Source: an uncultured Christensenellaceae bacterium
Lineage (GTDB): Bacteria > Bacillota > Clostridia > Christensenellales > SZUA-584
DNA: 64,000 nt
NCBI GenBank assembly: GCA_964510055.1
Contig: CAZDZY010000002.1
Span: 859-64,858 of the forward strand
Reading direction: 5' to 3'
The translations under genes were made by a program, and so were the position numbers. Under the pieces are notes generated by a model, which saw only the letters and a list, made by a program, of their open reading frames with translations, made no database searches and had not been told where the DNA came from. Shown one piece after another: positions 27,044-37,362 of this stretch; position 1 is the stretch's first letter, and each line of letters opens with the position of its first letter.

Positions 27044-27506
27044 CTTTCCATTCCTCCGTTATAAATTTACCATCCTCTATCCTCACATAATACAGCTCAT
27101 CGAACCCTTCGGCTTTATAGGGTATTTCGAGCTTGGCCGCAGTAGCGAATATCGCCGCGTCAGGTACTTTCGCTTTACCTTCCCTCATAGCATTGCGTTC
27201 CATACATTCCTTTACGGAACTCCTGAAATACACGCCGGTTACCCTATACCCCGCCTGTTTCGCCGGGATGATATACCTTGCCCTGTCCGCTGCCGCCGGG
27301 TTTGTGTTGTCCACGGCGAAAGATCTCCCCTCTTTAATGCAATTCTCGAGCAGCTGCCTTTCCTTGTTTCTCGTATGCAGTTCGTCGAGGTTTATCCTTA
27401 AATGCGTAGAGACAAGGTATTCTTTATAAAATGCGCTCTTCCCGCTCGCCTGCAGCCCTATGAAGATGACAGCGTTTTTCCGCGTTTTTAATACATCCAT
27501 CTGCAT
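27033..27506 (-). CDS. PNK-type polynucleotide 5'-kinase (P-loop, AAA_33-like)
   Basis: Walker A FIGLQASGKS. FAVDNTNPAAADRARYIIPAKQAGYRVTGVYF and EGFDELYYV parallel the PNKP/T4 Pnk kinase domain. The start is at 27506 or 27500 (the track ORF starts at 27674). The stop overlaps the Thg1-like start by 11 nt. Confidence 0.72.
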   Translation of the reverse strand: MQMDVLKTRKNAVIFIGLQASGKSAFYKEYLVSTHLRINLDELHTRNKERQLLENCIKEGRSFAVDNTNPAAADRARYIIPAKQAGYRVTGVYFRSSVKECMERNAMREGKAKVPDAAIFATAAKLEIPYKAEGFDELYYVRIEDGKFITEEWKDEI

Positions 27507-27613
27507 ACCTCTGATTTTACCAGATATAATATCAAAGCAAAATACTGTGATTATAGAAAATGAAAAAGCACCTTCGAAGAGATGCTTTTTTGTTAATATC
27601 CCCTGTATACCTG

Positions 27614-28039
27614 TTATAGATCCTGAACATTCATCTTCGCAAGCTCCGCGTCCCTTTTCCCTTTTGCCCTGCATGCTGCGTAGATCAGCAGCAATATCGC
27701 AGTCGGGATATTATACTGAAGGAAAAGAAAGATTCCCGTTAAAACCCTTGAACCTATGTCAGGCACTGGTAGATCCGGAACGCTTGTAGTAATATTTTCG
27801 ATCACTTCTTCGCCTCCCGTTTCCGTATGCCCTACTATTACAGTCTGTTCCGAGCTGGTTACGTAAAACGGCGTTACAAACGTTAAAAAGATTGCGGCGC
27901 ACAACGCAACCAGCGGCAGTATAAGACCGAGCCACTTGTTTTCTTTTCTCGACAGGAATATCTGAAGCAGTATTATCCCCGCAGCTAATACGACTATTAT
28001 AGTCCATTCTAATATAATGACCCATTCTATCGGTTTCAT
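27614..28039 (-). CDS. Hypothetical membrane protein
   Basis: 141 aa, 3-4 TMs, begins immediately after the stop of the upstream HTH gene. Confidence 0.5.
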   Translation of the reverse strand: MKPIEWVIILEWTIIVVLAAGIILLQIFLSRKENKWLGLILPLVALCAAIFLTFVTPFYVTSSEQTVIVGHTETGGEEVIENITTSVPDLPVPDIGSRVLTGIFLFLQYNIPTAILLLIYAACRAKGKRDAELAKMNVQDL

Positions 28040-28336
28040 TTAATCTGTCTCCTTCTTAGTTTTTTTATATTCCGAGATCAATATCTTAGCCGTATCAAAA
28101 TCTACCTTTTCATTTATAGCCAGCCGCTTTATAAGGCTTATATACGGCTCGTTTGCGTTGTCTTCGCTTATTTGTATCTTCTGTATCAGCCTGTCGAGGC
28201 GCAGGCGTACGGTCGGGTATGTCACATTATATTGCCGCGCCATTTCTTTCAAAGAGCCCGAAGCCATAAGAAATTTTCTTATAAAAGAAACGTCTTCGTC
28301 GTCGAGGCCCGCCATCCATTCAGGTAAGACTTCCAT
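28040..28336 (-). CDS. DUF2089-like small HTH protein
   Basis: Start after AAGGAGGG. SLKEMARQYNVTYPTVRLRLDRLIQKI is a sigma-70 region-4-like HTH. Confidence 0.5.
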   Translation of the reverse strand: MEVLPEWMAGLDDEDVSFIRKFLMASGSLKEMARQYNVTYPTVRLRLDRLIQKIQISEDNANEPYISLIKRLAINEKVDFDTAKILISEYKKTKKETD

Positions 28337-28519
28337 AGAAGCGCCCTCCTTTAATAATATTAAACATATCATTTAACTTTGTTAAAGTCAATACTAAATA
28401 TATACTCAACAATAATAATCTATATTATCGTTGAGCCGGTATGGATATTTCCCCTATTTCCAGAATAAATAAAATAAGCCGCCCGTAAAGGCGGCAGGTA
28501 TATGGCGCATTTTATGCTG

Positions 28520-28816
28520 CTATTGCTTTCCGCATACCTTCTCGAGTTGTACCACAAAATAGTCTTTCTTTTCTTTCAGGGCATATATCTCGGTTTCTAT
28601 TTCTTCGATCCTTTTATTGCAGGCCTCAATAGCTCTGTCCTGCAGCGAATGATCGTCGCCCGCCAGCCTCTTATGATATTCATGCTGCAATATCTCTATC
28701 TTTTTTTCTTCCCGCTCCCTTCGCAGCGCTTTGTCTTCTTCCGCCACTCTTTCGATTATGGCTGTAAGCAGACGCTCCGCCTCGCTGAAGTCAAGATCTG
28801 AAATTCCCCTTATCAT
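28520..28816 (-). CDS. Hypothetical coiled-coil protein
   Basis: 98 aa, Glu/Lys-rich heptad-like sequence. Terminator-like hairpin downstream at 28478-28496. Confidence 0.45.
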   Translation of the reverse strand: MIRGISDLDFSEAERLLTAIIERVAEEDKALRREREEKKIEILQHEYHKRLAGDDHSLQDRAIEACNKRIEEIETEIYALKEKKDYFVVQLEKVCGKQ

Positions 28817-29031
28817 ATCTGTCGCTCCTTGTTGTTCTACATAATCTATACAATTATATTGTATTTTATATATACCACTTTAATTTTTTACGAAACAAAA
28901 GGCGTCAAGATTTAACGGTTTTTAATCGATGCGGCAGTATCCTGTTGCCATCGGTCATCACTCTACCGGCTCCGTCTTCATATAGTAAATGAGGAGTACA
29001 AAACTCAAAATTCATATAAGAAGGTGTAACA

Positions 29032-30015
29032 ATGGAAAGACCGGATATAGATATGACCCAGGTAAGCCTGAATCCAATTGCCGCCCGGCGGCTTTCACAT
29101 ACTACCAAGAGCATTCCCATGATGGAGAGCATAACTCCCCGCTGGCTGCTCAGGTTTCTGCCGTGGGTGCCCGTCGAGGCAGGCGTTTACAGGGTGAACC
29201 GGGTAAGAAAAGCTCCGCGCGCGGAGGATATGAACGAATACGGAGAAAAACTGATAGACTCGAATTACAGGCATATAAACGAGGATGCGATTACGCAGAC
29301 GTTCGCCGATTATGAAGAAGAACCCAGGGAATACATGCTGAATCTCGTGCAGACTATACTTCGTATGAATACTAATGTTACCGATATATTCAATAAGCCT
29401 ATAGACCAGAAAAACGAGCAGATAAGGCTTGCTATTGAAGCGATGAGAGAAAAACAGGAGTGCGAACTTATAAACGACGAAGAGTTCGGGCTTATTAATA
29501 ACGTGTCGCGCGATATGAGGACCAAGGCGCGGCACGGCTCCCCCAGCCCTGACGACATGGACGACCTTTTGGCCAAGGTGTGGAAAAAACCCGCGTTCTT
29601 CCTTGCCCATCCTAAGGCTATAGCCGCTTTCGGCAGGGAATGCACCCGCCGCGGCGTGCCGCCCGTGGTAATAAACATCTACGGCTCTCCGTTCATGACA
29701 TGGAGGGGCGTTCCTCTGGTGCCGTGCGACAAACTTATGGTCGGGGGCAAGTCGTACGCAAGATCCGAAGGCGGCAGAACAAATATACTTCTGCTGCGGG
29801 TAGGCGAAAAAGAACAGGGCATAGTCGGGCTGCATCAGCCGGGCATACCCGATGAAACAAGCATACCGAGCCTGTCTTTAAAGCTTGCCTATATAGATCA
29901 AAGAGGGATCGCCTCTTACATCTTAAGCCTTTACTTTTCGATAGCAGTTCTCGCTGATGACGCTCTCGGAATGATGGAGGATGTCGAGGTGGGAAACTAT
30001 TATGATTACAGGTGA
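29032..30015 (+). CDS. Family 2A encapsulin nanocompartment shell protein
   Basis: 327 aa. ITPRWLLRFLPWVPVEAGVYRVNRV, EEPREYML, ELINDEEFGLINN, PSPDDMDDLLAKVWKKPAFFLAHPKAIAAFGRECTRRGVPP, WRGVPLVPCDK, and LLLRVGEKEQGIVGL closely track the SrpI-type family 2 shell sequence. There is no cNMP-binding insertion. Confidence 0.85.
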   Translation: MERPDIDMTQVSLNPIAARRLSHTTKSIPMMESITPRWLLRFLPWVPVEAGVYRVNRVRKAPRAEDMNEYGEKLIDSNYRHINEDAITQTFADYEEEPREYMLNLVQTILRMNTNVTDIFNKPIDQKNEQIRLAIEAMREKQECELINDEEFGLINNVSRDMRTKARHGSPSPDDMDDLLAKVWKKPAFFLAHPKAIAAFGRECTRRGVPPVVINIYGSPFMTWRGVPLVPCDKLMVGGKSYARSEGGRTNILLLRVGEKEQGIVGLHQPGIPDETSIPSLSLKLAYIDQRGIASYILSLYFSIAVLADDALGMMEDVEVGNYYDYR

Positions 30016-31435
30016 CACGGGAGACAGGGTACGCGGCACGGCAGACCGTTTATACTGGGAGGAGGAAGTTAAAACTGTCCACGACAGTTCGCTGTTGTCT
30101 TTTCCTGTTAATTTGTATGGGCCCTCCCAGGGAGCCCCCGGACCCCCCCATAGTGTTCTTGCGTGCCCGGAGCCGGCCGCTGATGATTATTACTTCTTAA
30201 GCCGCGCTCCGGAAACGAAAAGCGATCCGGGCTTTAGCATGCTGCGCAGCGATTTTCCCATACTTAACCGCCGCGTAAACGGCCGCAGGCTCGTGTGGCT
30301 CGATAACTCCGCTACGACGCAGAAACCCAACTGCGTCATCGAAGCGGTCAGCCGCTATTACCGCGAATGCAATTCGAATGTACACCGCGGCGCGCACCGG
30401 CTGGCGGCTGAGGCTACGGAGGCGTATGAGGACGCGCGCGAGAAGATGCGTATGTTCCTCGGCGCGTCGGCGAGGGAAGAGATCGTATTCGTGCGAGGCA
30501 CGACTGAGGCTATAAACTTAGCTGCGGCGAGCTGGGGCGGCCAGAACCTGCGCGAGGGCGACGAAATATTGCTTACCGAGATGGAGCACCACTCCAATAT
30601 AGTGCCGTGGCAGCTTATAGCCCAGAAAACGGGAGCTGTCATAAAAGCGGCCCCGATAAACGAGCGCGGAGAGATAGATTTGAGCGAGTATGACCGCATG
30701 TTTACTCCGCGCACTCGCATAGCCGCCGCAGCGCACGTTTCCAACGTTCTGGGGACGGTGAACCCCGTGCGGGAGATGGCGGACATAGCGCACATGTACG
30801 GGGTGCTGTTTCTCGTGGACGGCGCGCAGTCGGCGCCTCACCTGCCTATAGACGTAAAACGCATGGGAGCCGACTTCTTCGCGCTTTCCGGCCATAAGAT
30901 GTACGGCCCTACCGGCATAGGAGTACTGTACGGCAGAAAAGAGCTGTTGTCGGAAATGGCTCCGTACCAGGGCGGCGGGGGCATGATAAGAAACGTGCGT
31001 TTCGACATGACGCAGTACGCCGGCCCGCCCGATAAGTTTGAGGCCGGGACTGTAAACATTGCCGACGCGGTGGGTTTAGGCGCCGCGGCTGATTACCTCG
31101 GGGCGATAGGCATGGAAAAGATAAGCGCCCATGAGAAGGAGCTTACGCAATACCTGATGAGCGGGCTTTCCGGCGTACCGGGCATAAGGCTCATAGGCAC
31201 CGCTCCCGGCAAGATTAGCGTAGTATCGTTCATACTCGATAATATGGAGCCTGAGATGATAGCGAAGGAACTCGACCGGAGGGGAATAGCGATAAGGGCG
31301 GGGCAGCATTGCGCCCAGCCCGCGCTGCAGCATTATGGGCTTAAGAGCACGGCCCGCGCGTCCATCGGCCTGTATAATACATTTGAAGAACTGGACCTGC
31401 TTATAGATTCCGTTCGCGAACTTTCAGGCAATTGA
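30002..31435 (+). CDS. Cysteine desulfurase (SufS/class V aminotransferase) with N-terminal cargo-type extension
   Basis: The ATG at 30002 has GAGGTGGG 8 nt upstream and overlaps the shell stop (an alternative start is 29981). The ~95-aa Pro-rich extension is followed by FPILN...LDNSATTQKP...HRGAH...TEMEHHSN...SGHKMYGPTGIG...RAGQHCAQP. Confidence 0.85.
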   Translation: MITGDTGDRVRGTADRLYWEEEVKTVHDSSLLSFPVNLYGPSQGAPGPPHSVLACPEPAADDYYFLSRAPETKSDPGFSMLRSDFPILNRRVNGRRLVWLDNSATTQKPNCVIEAVSRYYRECNSNVHRGAHRLAAEATEAYEDAREKMRMFLGASAREEIVFVRGTTEAINLAAASWGGQNLREGDEILLTEMEHHSNIVPWQLIAQKTGAVIKAAPINERGEIDLSEYDRMFTPRTRIAAAAHVSNVLGTVNPVREMADIAHMYGVLFLVDGAQSAPHLPIDVKRMGADFFALSGHKMYGPTGIGVLYGRKELLSEMAPYQGGGGMIRNVRFDMTQYAGPPDKFEAGTVNIADAVGLGAAADYLGAIGMEKISAHEKELTQYLMSGLSGVPGIRLIGTAPGKISVVSFILDNMEPEMIAKELDRRGIAIRAGQHCAQPALQHYGLKSTARASIGLYNTFEELDLLIDSVRELSGN

Positions 31436-31495
31436 TTTGGTAAGGGAGGGCGCCTCCGTCCTCCCGCTTTACTGGCCGCCGCATAAAAAAGCAAT

Positions 31496-31524
31496 AAAAA
31501 AACAAGGCATTGCCTTGTTTTTTT
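31496..31524. terminator. Bidirectional terminator between the encapsulin operon and rsgI
   Basis: AAAAAAACAAGG-CATTG-CCTTGTTTTTTT, with A- and T-runs on either side. Confidence 0.8.
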
Positions 31525-31533
31525 GTTTCTGTT

Positions 31534-32772
31534 TTAATCGTCGATTTCCTCTTCATCGTCTTCGTGTTCGTCGCTTTCTTCATTGTCGTCTTCCGGATCG
31601 CCGGCGTCCGGTTCGTCTTCCTCATCGTCATCTTCAATTTCGCTGTCGTCGCCCGCGTCTTCATCGTCGTCTTTTTCGTCAGGTTCGTCTGTATCGTCAT
31701 CCTCGCCGGTATCCGGGTTTTCCGCTTCTATATCGCCGCCGTCTTCTTCGCTGTTATGTAAGCCTTCGCCTTCCATATCGTCAGGGTAAGGCTGGTTTTC
31801 GTTTCCCGTTCCCAAAACGTTTATATACAGGTATGCAGATAAACTCTTTCCTTCCGCGCCTGCGTTTCCAACTGTTATTTTATATATATTATCTTTTTTG
31901 AGCCCGCCGCATTGAAGCAGCAATTTTTCTCCGTCTGTTTCTTTGATATCCGCCGGGTATTGTGCGCCGTTTATATCCTTCACGGTTATTGTTTCTTTGC
32001 CTGTAAACAAAACCTCTTTGGAGAATTCAACTTCTATTACGCCGTTTCCCGCGTATTTTGCTTCTACTATATACAAGCCGCCTTTTTTCGTATACCGCAG
32101 GCTGAAATCATAAACCCCGGACTTATCCTTATCGTCCATCGCATACTGCTCTTTCCTTAAGGCATTAAAAGATTCCCCGTCCAGTTTTTGAAGCGTGATA
32201 TCTACAGAAAGCCCGGCGCCCCTGACAGTCTCCAATGCCGAAGCCATAAGCTTCATCTCAGTATCCTGCGCGCGCTGCATATCGTTATCCGAGATGGTAA
32301 GAAGGACATGCCCCGTCGATCTGAGCGTGCCGTCTTTCCATGCCTGATTAATTATCTTACTCACACTGTTTTCCGGTTCTCCCAATAACGAGCCATTAAC
32401 TTCGCCTAAAAGAGCATTGCCGTCTTCATTTATTGCTTCTGCTGATATTACATTTCCCCATTGGTTTACTGCAAGCCGCACTCCGGGGTTGATATTTATG
32501 TCTATATAACCGGCGGGCGTAAACGTAATGAATGTCCCAAGCCCCAGCACGCAGATCAAAAGTGAAGCCGCAATAGCGATAGCATAACGCTTCCATGTTC
32601 TATTCTTCGGCATAGATTCCCGCCCTAAAGAGCCCTCTGCCTTTTTGGGAGCCCCGTATTCAAATTCCGCGCCTTCCTTCATCCCGCTTTTTGCCGGGAT
32701 AGTCATAAAAACTCCGTTATCTGCCAGCACGGTCGCTTCTCCGGCGCTTACCTTCATCACTAAAACGTTCAT
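31534..32772 (-). CDS. rsgI: Anti-sigma-I factor RsgI-like protein with poly-acidic C-terminal tail
   Basis: RsgI_N-like start MNVLVMKVSAGEATVLADNGVFMTIPA. Single TM (AIAIAASLLICVLGLGTFITF), extracytoplasmic module, Ig-like segment, and a ~80-aa Asp/Glu tail. 4-nt overlap with sigI. Confidence 0.65.
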   Translation of the reverse strand: MNVLVMKVSAGEATVLADNGVFMTIPAKSGMKEGAEFEYGAPKKAEGSLGRESMPKNRTWKRYAIAIAASLLICVLGLGTFITFTPAGYIDININPGVRLAVNQWGNVISAEAINEDGNALLGEVNGSLLGEPENSVSKIINQAWKDGTLRSTGHVLLTISDNDMQRAQDTEMKLMASALETVRGAGLSVDITLQKLDGESFNALRKEQYAMDDKDKSGVYDFSLRYTKKGGLYIVEAKYAGNGVIEVEFSKEVLFTGKETITVKDINGAQYPADIKETDGEKLLLQCGGLKKDNIYKITVGNAGAEGKSLSAYLYINVLGTGNENQPYPDDMEGEGLHNSEEDGGDIEAENPDTGEDDDTDEPDEKDDDEDAGDDSEIEDDDEEDEPDAGDPEDDNEESDEHEDDEEEIDD

Positions 32773-33461
32773 CGCATATCCTCCTTTCCGAAAAACTTCG
32801 GCAGCACATAATCTTTCAAATGCTGGTATCCTCCGCTGTGGATTATATATGCCGCTATCAAATATCTCCTGTGCCTTTCAAGCAGTTTCTCGCTTACTCC
32901 CAGTTTCTGCGCTATCTGCTTTACAGGCAGCTTCTTCGTCTTTCTGATCTGTTCTTTGAGATCCTCGTCGCTGAGCATCGCTCCCAATACATAGCCGCAC
33001 AGTTCCTTGCTGCTTTTATGCTTCGGCGACGCCTCCGCGAGCTGTTCCAGCTTCATTCCCCAACCGCCCAGCTCATTTACAAAATCCATTATCTCCAGCC
33101 GGCGCTCCTGCCTGTCTTCCACTATCTCCGCCTGCTGTCGCGCGGTATACTGGTCTATATAACCATCTTCTTCATTTTTCAAAACATGCAGGCCGCTCTT
33201 TTTCAGCTTTCTCCGGTTATCGATAAGCCGGTATTTAATGACCGACGCCGCATATGATAAGAAGTTCCCTTTTTCTTCTTTATATGTCTTTACCGCCTCA
33301 TAGAAAGCCATAAGAGCTACGCTTATCTCATCGTCATCGCTGCCGAATCCCTGGTCGTATACGCGCCCTAATATAAACGGGCGGTATTCGGTTATCAGCC
33401 GCTCAAATTCCTCGTTGCTTTCTTTCGCGATGATCGCCCTTTCATTGACAGAAAGGCTCAT
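32769..33461 (-). CDS. sigI: RNA polymerase sigma-I factor
   Basis: 230 aa. EFERLITEYRPFI...ISVALMAFYEAVKTYKEEKGNFLSYAASVIKYRLIDNRRK matches the SigI region-2 pattern. C-terminal HTH PVKQIAQKLGVSEKLLERHRRY. Confidence 0.7.
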   Translation of the reverse strand: MSLSVNERAIIAKESNEEFERLITEYRPFILGRVYDQGFGSDDDEISVALMAFYEAVKTYKEEKGNFLSYAASVIKYRLIDNRRKLKKSGLHVLKNEEDGYIDQYTARQQAEIVEDRQERRLEIMDFVNELGGWGMKLEQLAEASPKHKSSKELCGYVLGAMLSDEDLKEQIRKTKKLPVKQIAQKLGVSEKLLERHRRYLIAAYIIHSGGYQHLKDYVLPKFFGKEDMR

Positions 33462-33642
33462 TTGTTCTCCTTAGGCCAGGTGTAGAATGATATTTATTAT
33501 ATATAAGTTACTGTTGATATTATAATATCTTTATGCTATTATTTCCACCCTTTTCATGCTGTTCATTTTTCATGAGAAGGCTGCGTATAAGCGCAGCCTT
33601 CCGCCAGACCCTATACCTCAGGAGAATTTATGTCCAAAACGG

Positions 33643-34812
<1,170 letters not shown>

Positions 34813-35000
34813 TTTTCTATCCTCCGTTACCGTTATTTATAATATAATACGTAGCTTGCCGGTAATTTTCGGGGGTGGAGGCAAAAAAGTTTTCTGTTCC
34901 CGTTCCATCCCTTCTTTAATTGGCCCGCAAGTATTGGCTTCTACGCTTGCATAAAGGTGATATTATGCTATAATAAGGAAACAACTTTTAAGAGGATACT

Positions 35001-36029
35001 ATGAATCTTAGACTTATACGGCAGCTGCCCGCTCCAGAGGAGATAATGGAGCAGCTCCCCCTGCCTGAAAAACTGAAGGCATTGAAGAAAAATCGCGACG
35101 CGGATATACGCGCGATATTTGAAGGAAAGGATAAACGCTTTCTGCTTATAATCGGCCCTTGCTCGGCCGACAGCCCCGAGCCGGTATGCGAATACCTCTC
35201 GCGCCTGGCAAAAGTGCAGGATAAAGTCAAAGGCAAGATACTCGTTATACCGCGCATATATACAAATAAGCCGCGCACTACTGGCGAGGGCTACAAGGGC
35301 ATGCTTCACCAGCCCGATCCCGAGGGCGATAGCGACCTCGTGCGCGGCATAAAATCGATACGCAGCCTGCATATAAAAGCGATAGGCGACTTCAGCCTTC
35401 CGGCGGCCGACGAGATGCTCTATCCCGATAACTACGCTTACCTCTCCGACGTGCTTGCCTACCACGCTGTAGGCGCGCGCTCTGTAGAGAACCAGCAGCA
35501 CCGCCTTACGGCAAGCGGCGTAGACGCGCCCGTAGGCATGAAGAACCCCACGAGCGGAGACCTTTCGGTAATGCTCAACTCGATAAAAGCCGCCCAGATG
35601 AGACACACGTATATCTACCGCGGCTGGGAGGTGGAAACGCAGGGCAACCCGCTCGCGCATGCCGTGCTTCGCGGCGCCGTGGAGCCTAACGGGCACAGCG
35701 TGCCCAACTACCACTATGAAGACTTGAGCCGCGTTACGAAAAAGTATATAGAGATGGAGCTTGCCAACCCTTCTATCATCGTAGATACCAACCACGCCAA
35801 CTCCATGCGCCGCTTTTATGAGCAGCCCCGCATAGCGAAGGAAGTGCTGCACAGCCGCACCTACGACTCGACGCTCTCTAAAGTTATAAAAGGCCTGATG
35901 ATAGAGAGCTATCTCGTCCACGGCAAGCAGGACGTGGGCGGAAATGTATTCGGCCAGTCGATAACCGACCCGTGCCTCGGGTGGGACGACTCGGAAAGGC
36001 TGATATACGAGATAGCGGAGAGAGTATGA
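35001..36029 (+). CDS. 3-deoxy-7-phosphoheptulonate (DAHP) synthase, class I
   Basis: 342 aa. RFLLIIGPCSADSPE, RIYTNKPRTTGEGYKGMLHQPDP, and the IVDTNHANS pattern. Confidence 0.85.
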   Translation: MNLRLIRQLPAPEEIMEQLPLPEKLKALKKNRDADIRAIFEGKDKRFLLIIGPCSADSPEPVCEYLSRLAKVQDKVKGKILVIPRIYTNKPRTTGEGYKGMLHQPDPEGDSDLVRGIKSIRSLHIKAIGDFSLPAADEMLYPDNYAYLSDVLAYHAVGARSVENQQHRLTASGVDAPVGMKNPTSGDLSVMLNSIKAAQMRHTYIYRGWEVETQGNPLAHAVLRGAVEPNGHSVPNYHYEDLSRVTKKYIEMELANPSIIVDTNHANSMRRFYEQPRIAKEVLHSRTYDSTLSKVIKGLMIESYLVHGKQDVGGNVFGQSITDPCLGWDDSERLIYEIAERV

Positions 36030-36047
36030 TACTGCGGGGAAAAAAAT

Positions 36048-36638
36048 ATGAAGATTAAGACGCTCGATACCAGAACATATGCGTCATCTCCGGGGGGTGT
36101 TTCCCTTTCCAAAGAAAAGCTTAAAATGCTTAGGCCTGATTTATACGGAATTAAAGCATCAGTGAAGGAAACCATCAGGGCTGTTCTTTTTGGTTGGAGT
36201 GAAAAAAGAAGAATAAAGGAACACCTGATGTTTTGTGACAGCCAGCCGGCTATAGTCGTTTCAAAACATCCGCTTGTTGTTGCGGCATACTCGGATGATA
36301 TCGACTGCGTTGTAATGCTGAAATTTCCCGATGAATATGCCGGGATATATAATCTTGACGTAAAATCAAGACTTATAACGATAAATATTTACGGCCGGGG
36401 AGAAAGCTTTCAAAACGACATATTACCCGGCGAAAGCTGTAACTATACGTGGGTAGCTTTTAACCCCTTTATTGCCGAATTCCTGACAGACGATATAGAT
36501 ATACTTACACATAAAAAAGAGCAAATTGGTAACGAAATTTGGGATTATGTCTGCACACTTGCGGTTGAATATCAAATCAGGCACCCAAATGTTTGGAGAG
36601 ACGGCCGGCCCGGTTTTTCTTATATATCCGCATTATAA
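36048..36638 (+). CDS. Hypothetical protein
   Basis: 196 aa, no TM, no recognised family. Confidence 0.45.
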   Translation: MKIKTLDTRTYASSPGGVSLSKEKLKMLRPDLYGIKASVKETIRAVLFGWSEKRRIKEHLMFCDSQPAIVVSKHPLVVAAYSDDIDCVVMLKFPDEYAGIYNLDVKSRLITINIYGRGESFQNDILPGESCNYTWVAFNPFIAEFLTDDIDILTHKKEQIGNEIWDYVCTLAVEYQIRHPNVWRDGRPGFSYISAL

Positions 36639-36759
36639 AAACCTTAAATAACTTTTATGCGTAATAAAAAACCGCCCTTTCGGGCAGTCTCTTATATGAT
36701 AACGTAGGGGCGATCATTGATCGCCCTCTTTCAATTCACTGTTCACTATTGCACAGTAT

Positions 36760-37221
36760 TTATTTTTTCGCCTGCTCCAGCAAAGCTTTCGCGGCTTCCT
36801 CGAACTTGTTGTACGCCCAGGTCGCTCCCGACACGGCGTCTACTTTGTCCGGGTCCTGCGTTTGGAGAAGAGCGGGCACATATCCCTGCATTCCGCTCCA
36901 ATTGTCGCGGCACTGCTGTATATACAACTGATAGACGTATACTTCCTCGTAAGTCTCGTCGAACACGCGGTCTTTGTTCTCATCCACGATCTTCCAATCC
37001 ATCGACTGTATATTACCGCCCTCCACGACCATCGTTCCTTCTACATGGTAGACTTCGCCGTCCCTCTTGCCGATGTATTCGTAAGTCCCGTCTTTATACG
37101 GCCCCGGCGCAGCGGTAGCAGACGGGGAGGGAGACGGGGCAGTCTCAGAGGCCGTACCGGTGCACGCGCACAGCGATGCTGCTGTTATTAAAGCCAAGGC
37201 TAAAACAATCACTTTTTTCAT
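36760..37221 (-). CDS. FMN-binding domain lipoprotein
   Basis: Lipobox ASLCAC. DAVSGATWAY is the FMN_bind motif. Confidence 0.7.
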   Translation of the reverse strand: MKKVIVLALALITAASLCACTGTASETAPSPSPSATAAPGPYKDGTYEYIGKRDGEVYHVEGTMVVEGGNIQSMDWKIVDENKDRVFDETYEEVYVYQLYIQQCRDNWSGMQGYVPALLQTQDPDKVDAVSGATWAYNKFEEAAKALLEQAKK

Positions 37222-37362
37222 AATAAAGCCTCCTAAAAAATAAGCGTATATACCGTATGTTGGATATAAGTATATATACTGCCTATAGCGCTGTCAATTA
37301 ACATATCTTGCTGTATTAACGTTCCATATATATGATAAAGCGATGAGGACATAATAATTCAT

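Noticed and set aside
29095-29835. 246-aa minus-strand ORF inside the encapsulin gene
   Set aside because: It is a shadow ORF opposite a very strongly supported shell gene, with no RBS or motifs.
34968-35921. 317-aa minus-strand ORF
   Set aside because: It is exactly antisense to the well-supported DAHP synthase gene (35001-36029). Its Arg/Ala/His/Val-rich composition is typical of a shadow ORF in GC-biased coding DNA, and it has no recognisable motifs.
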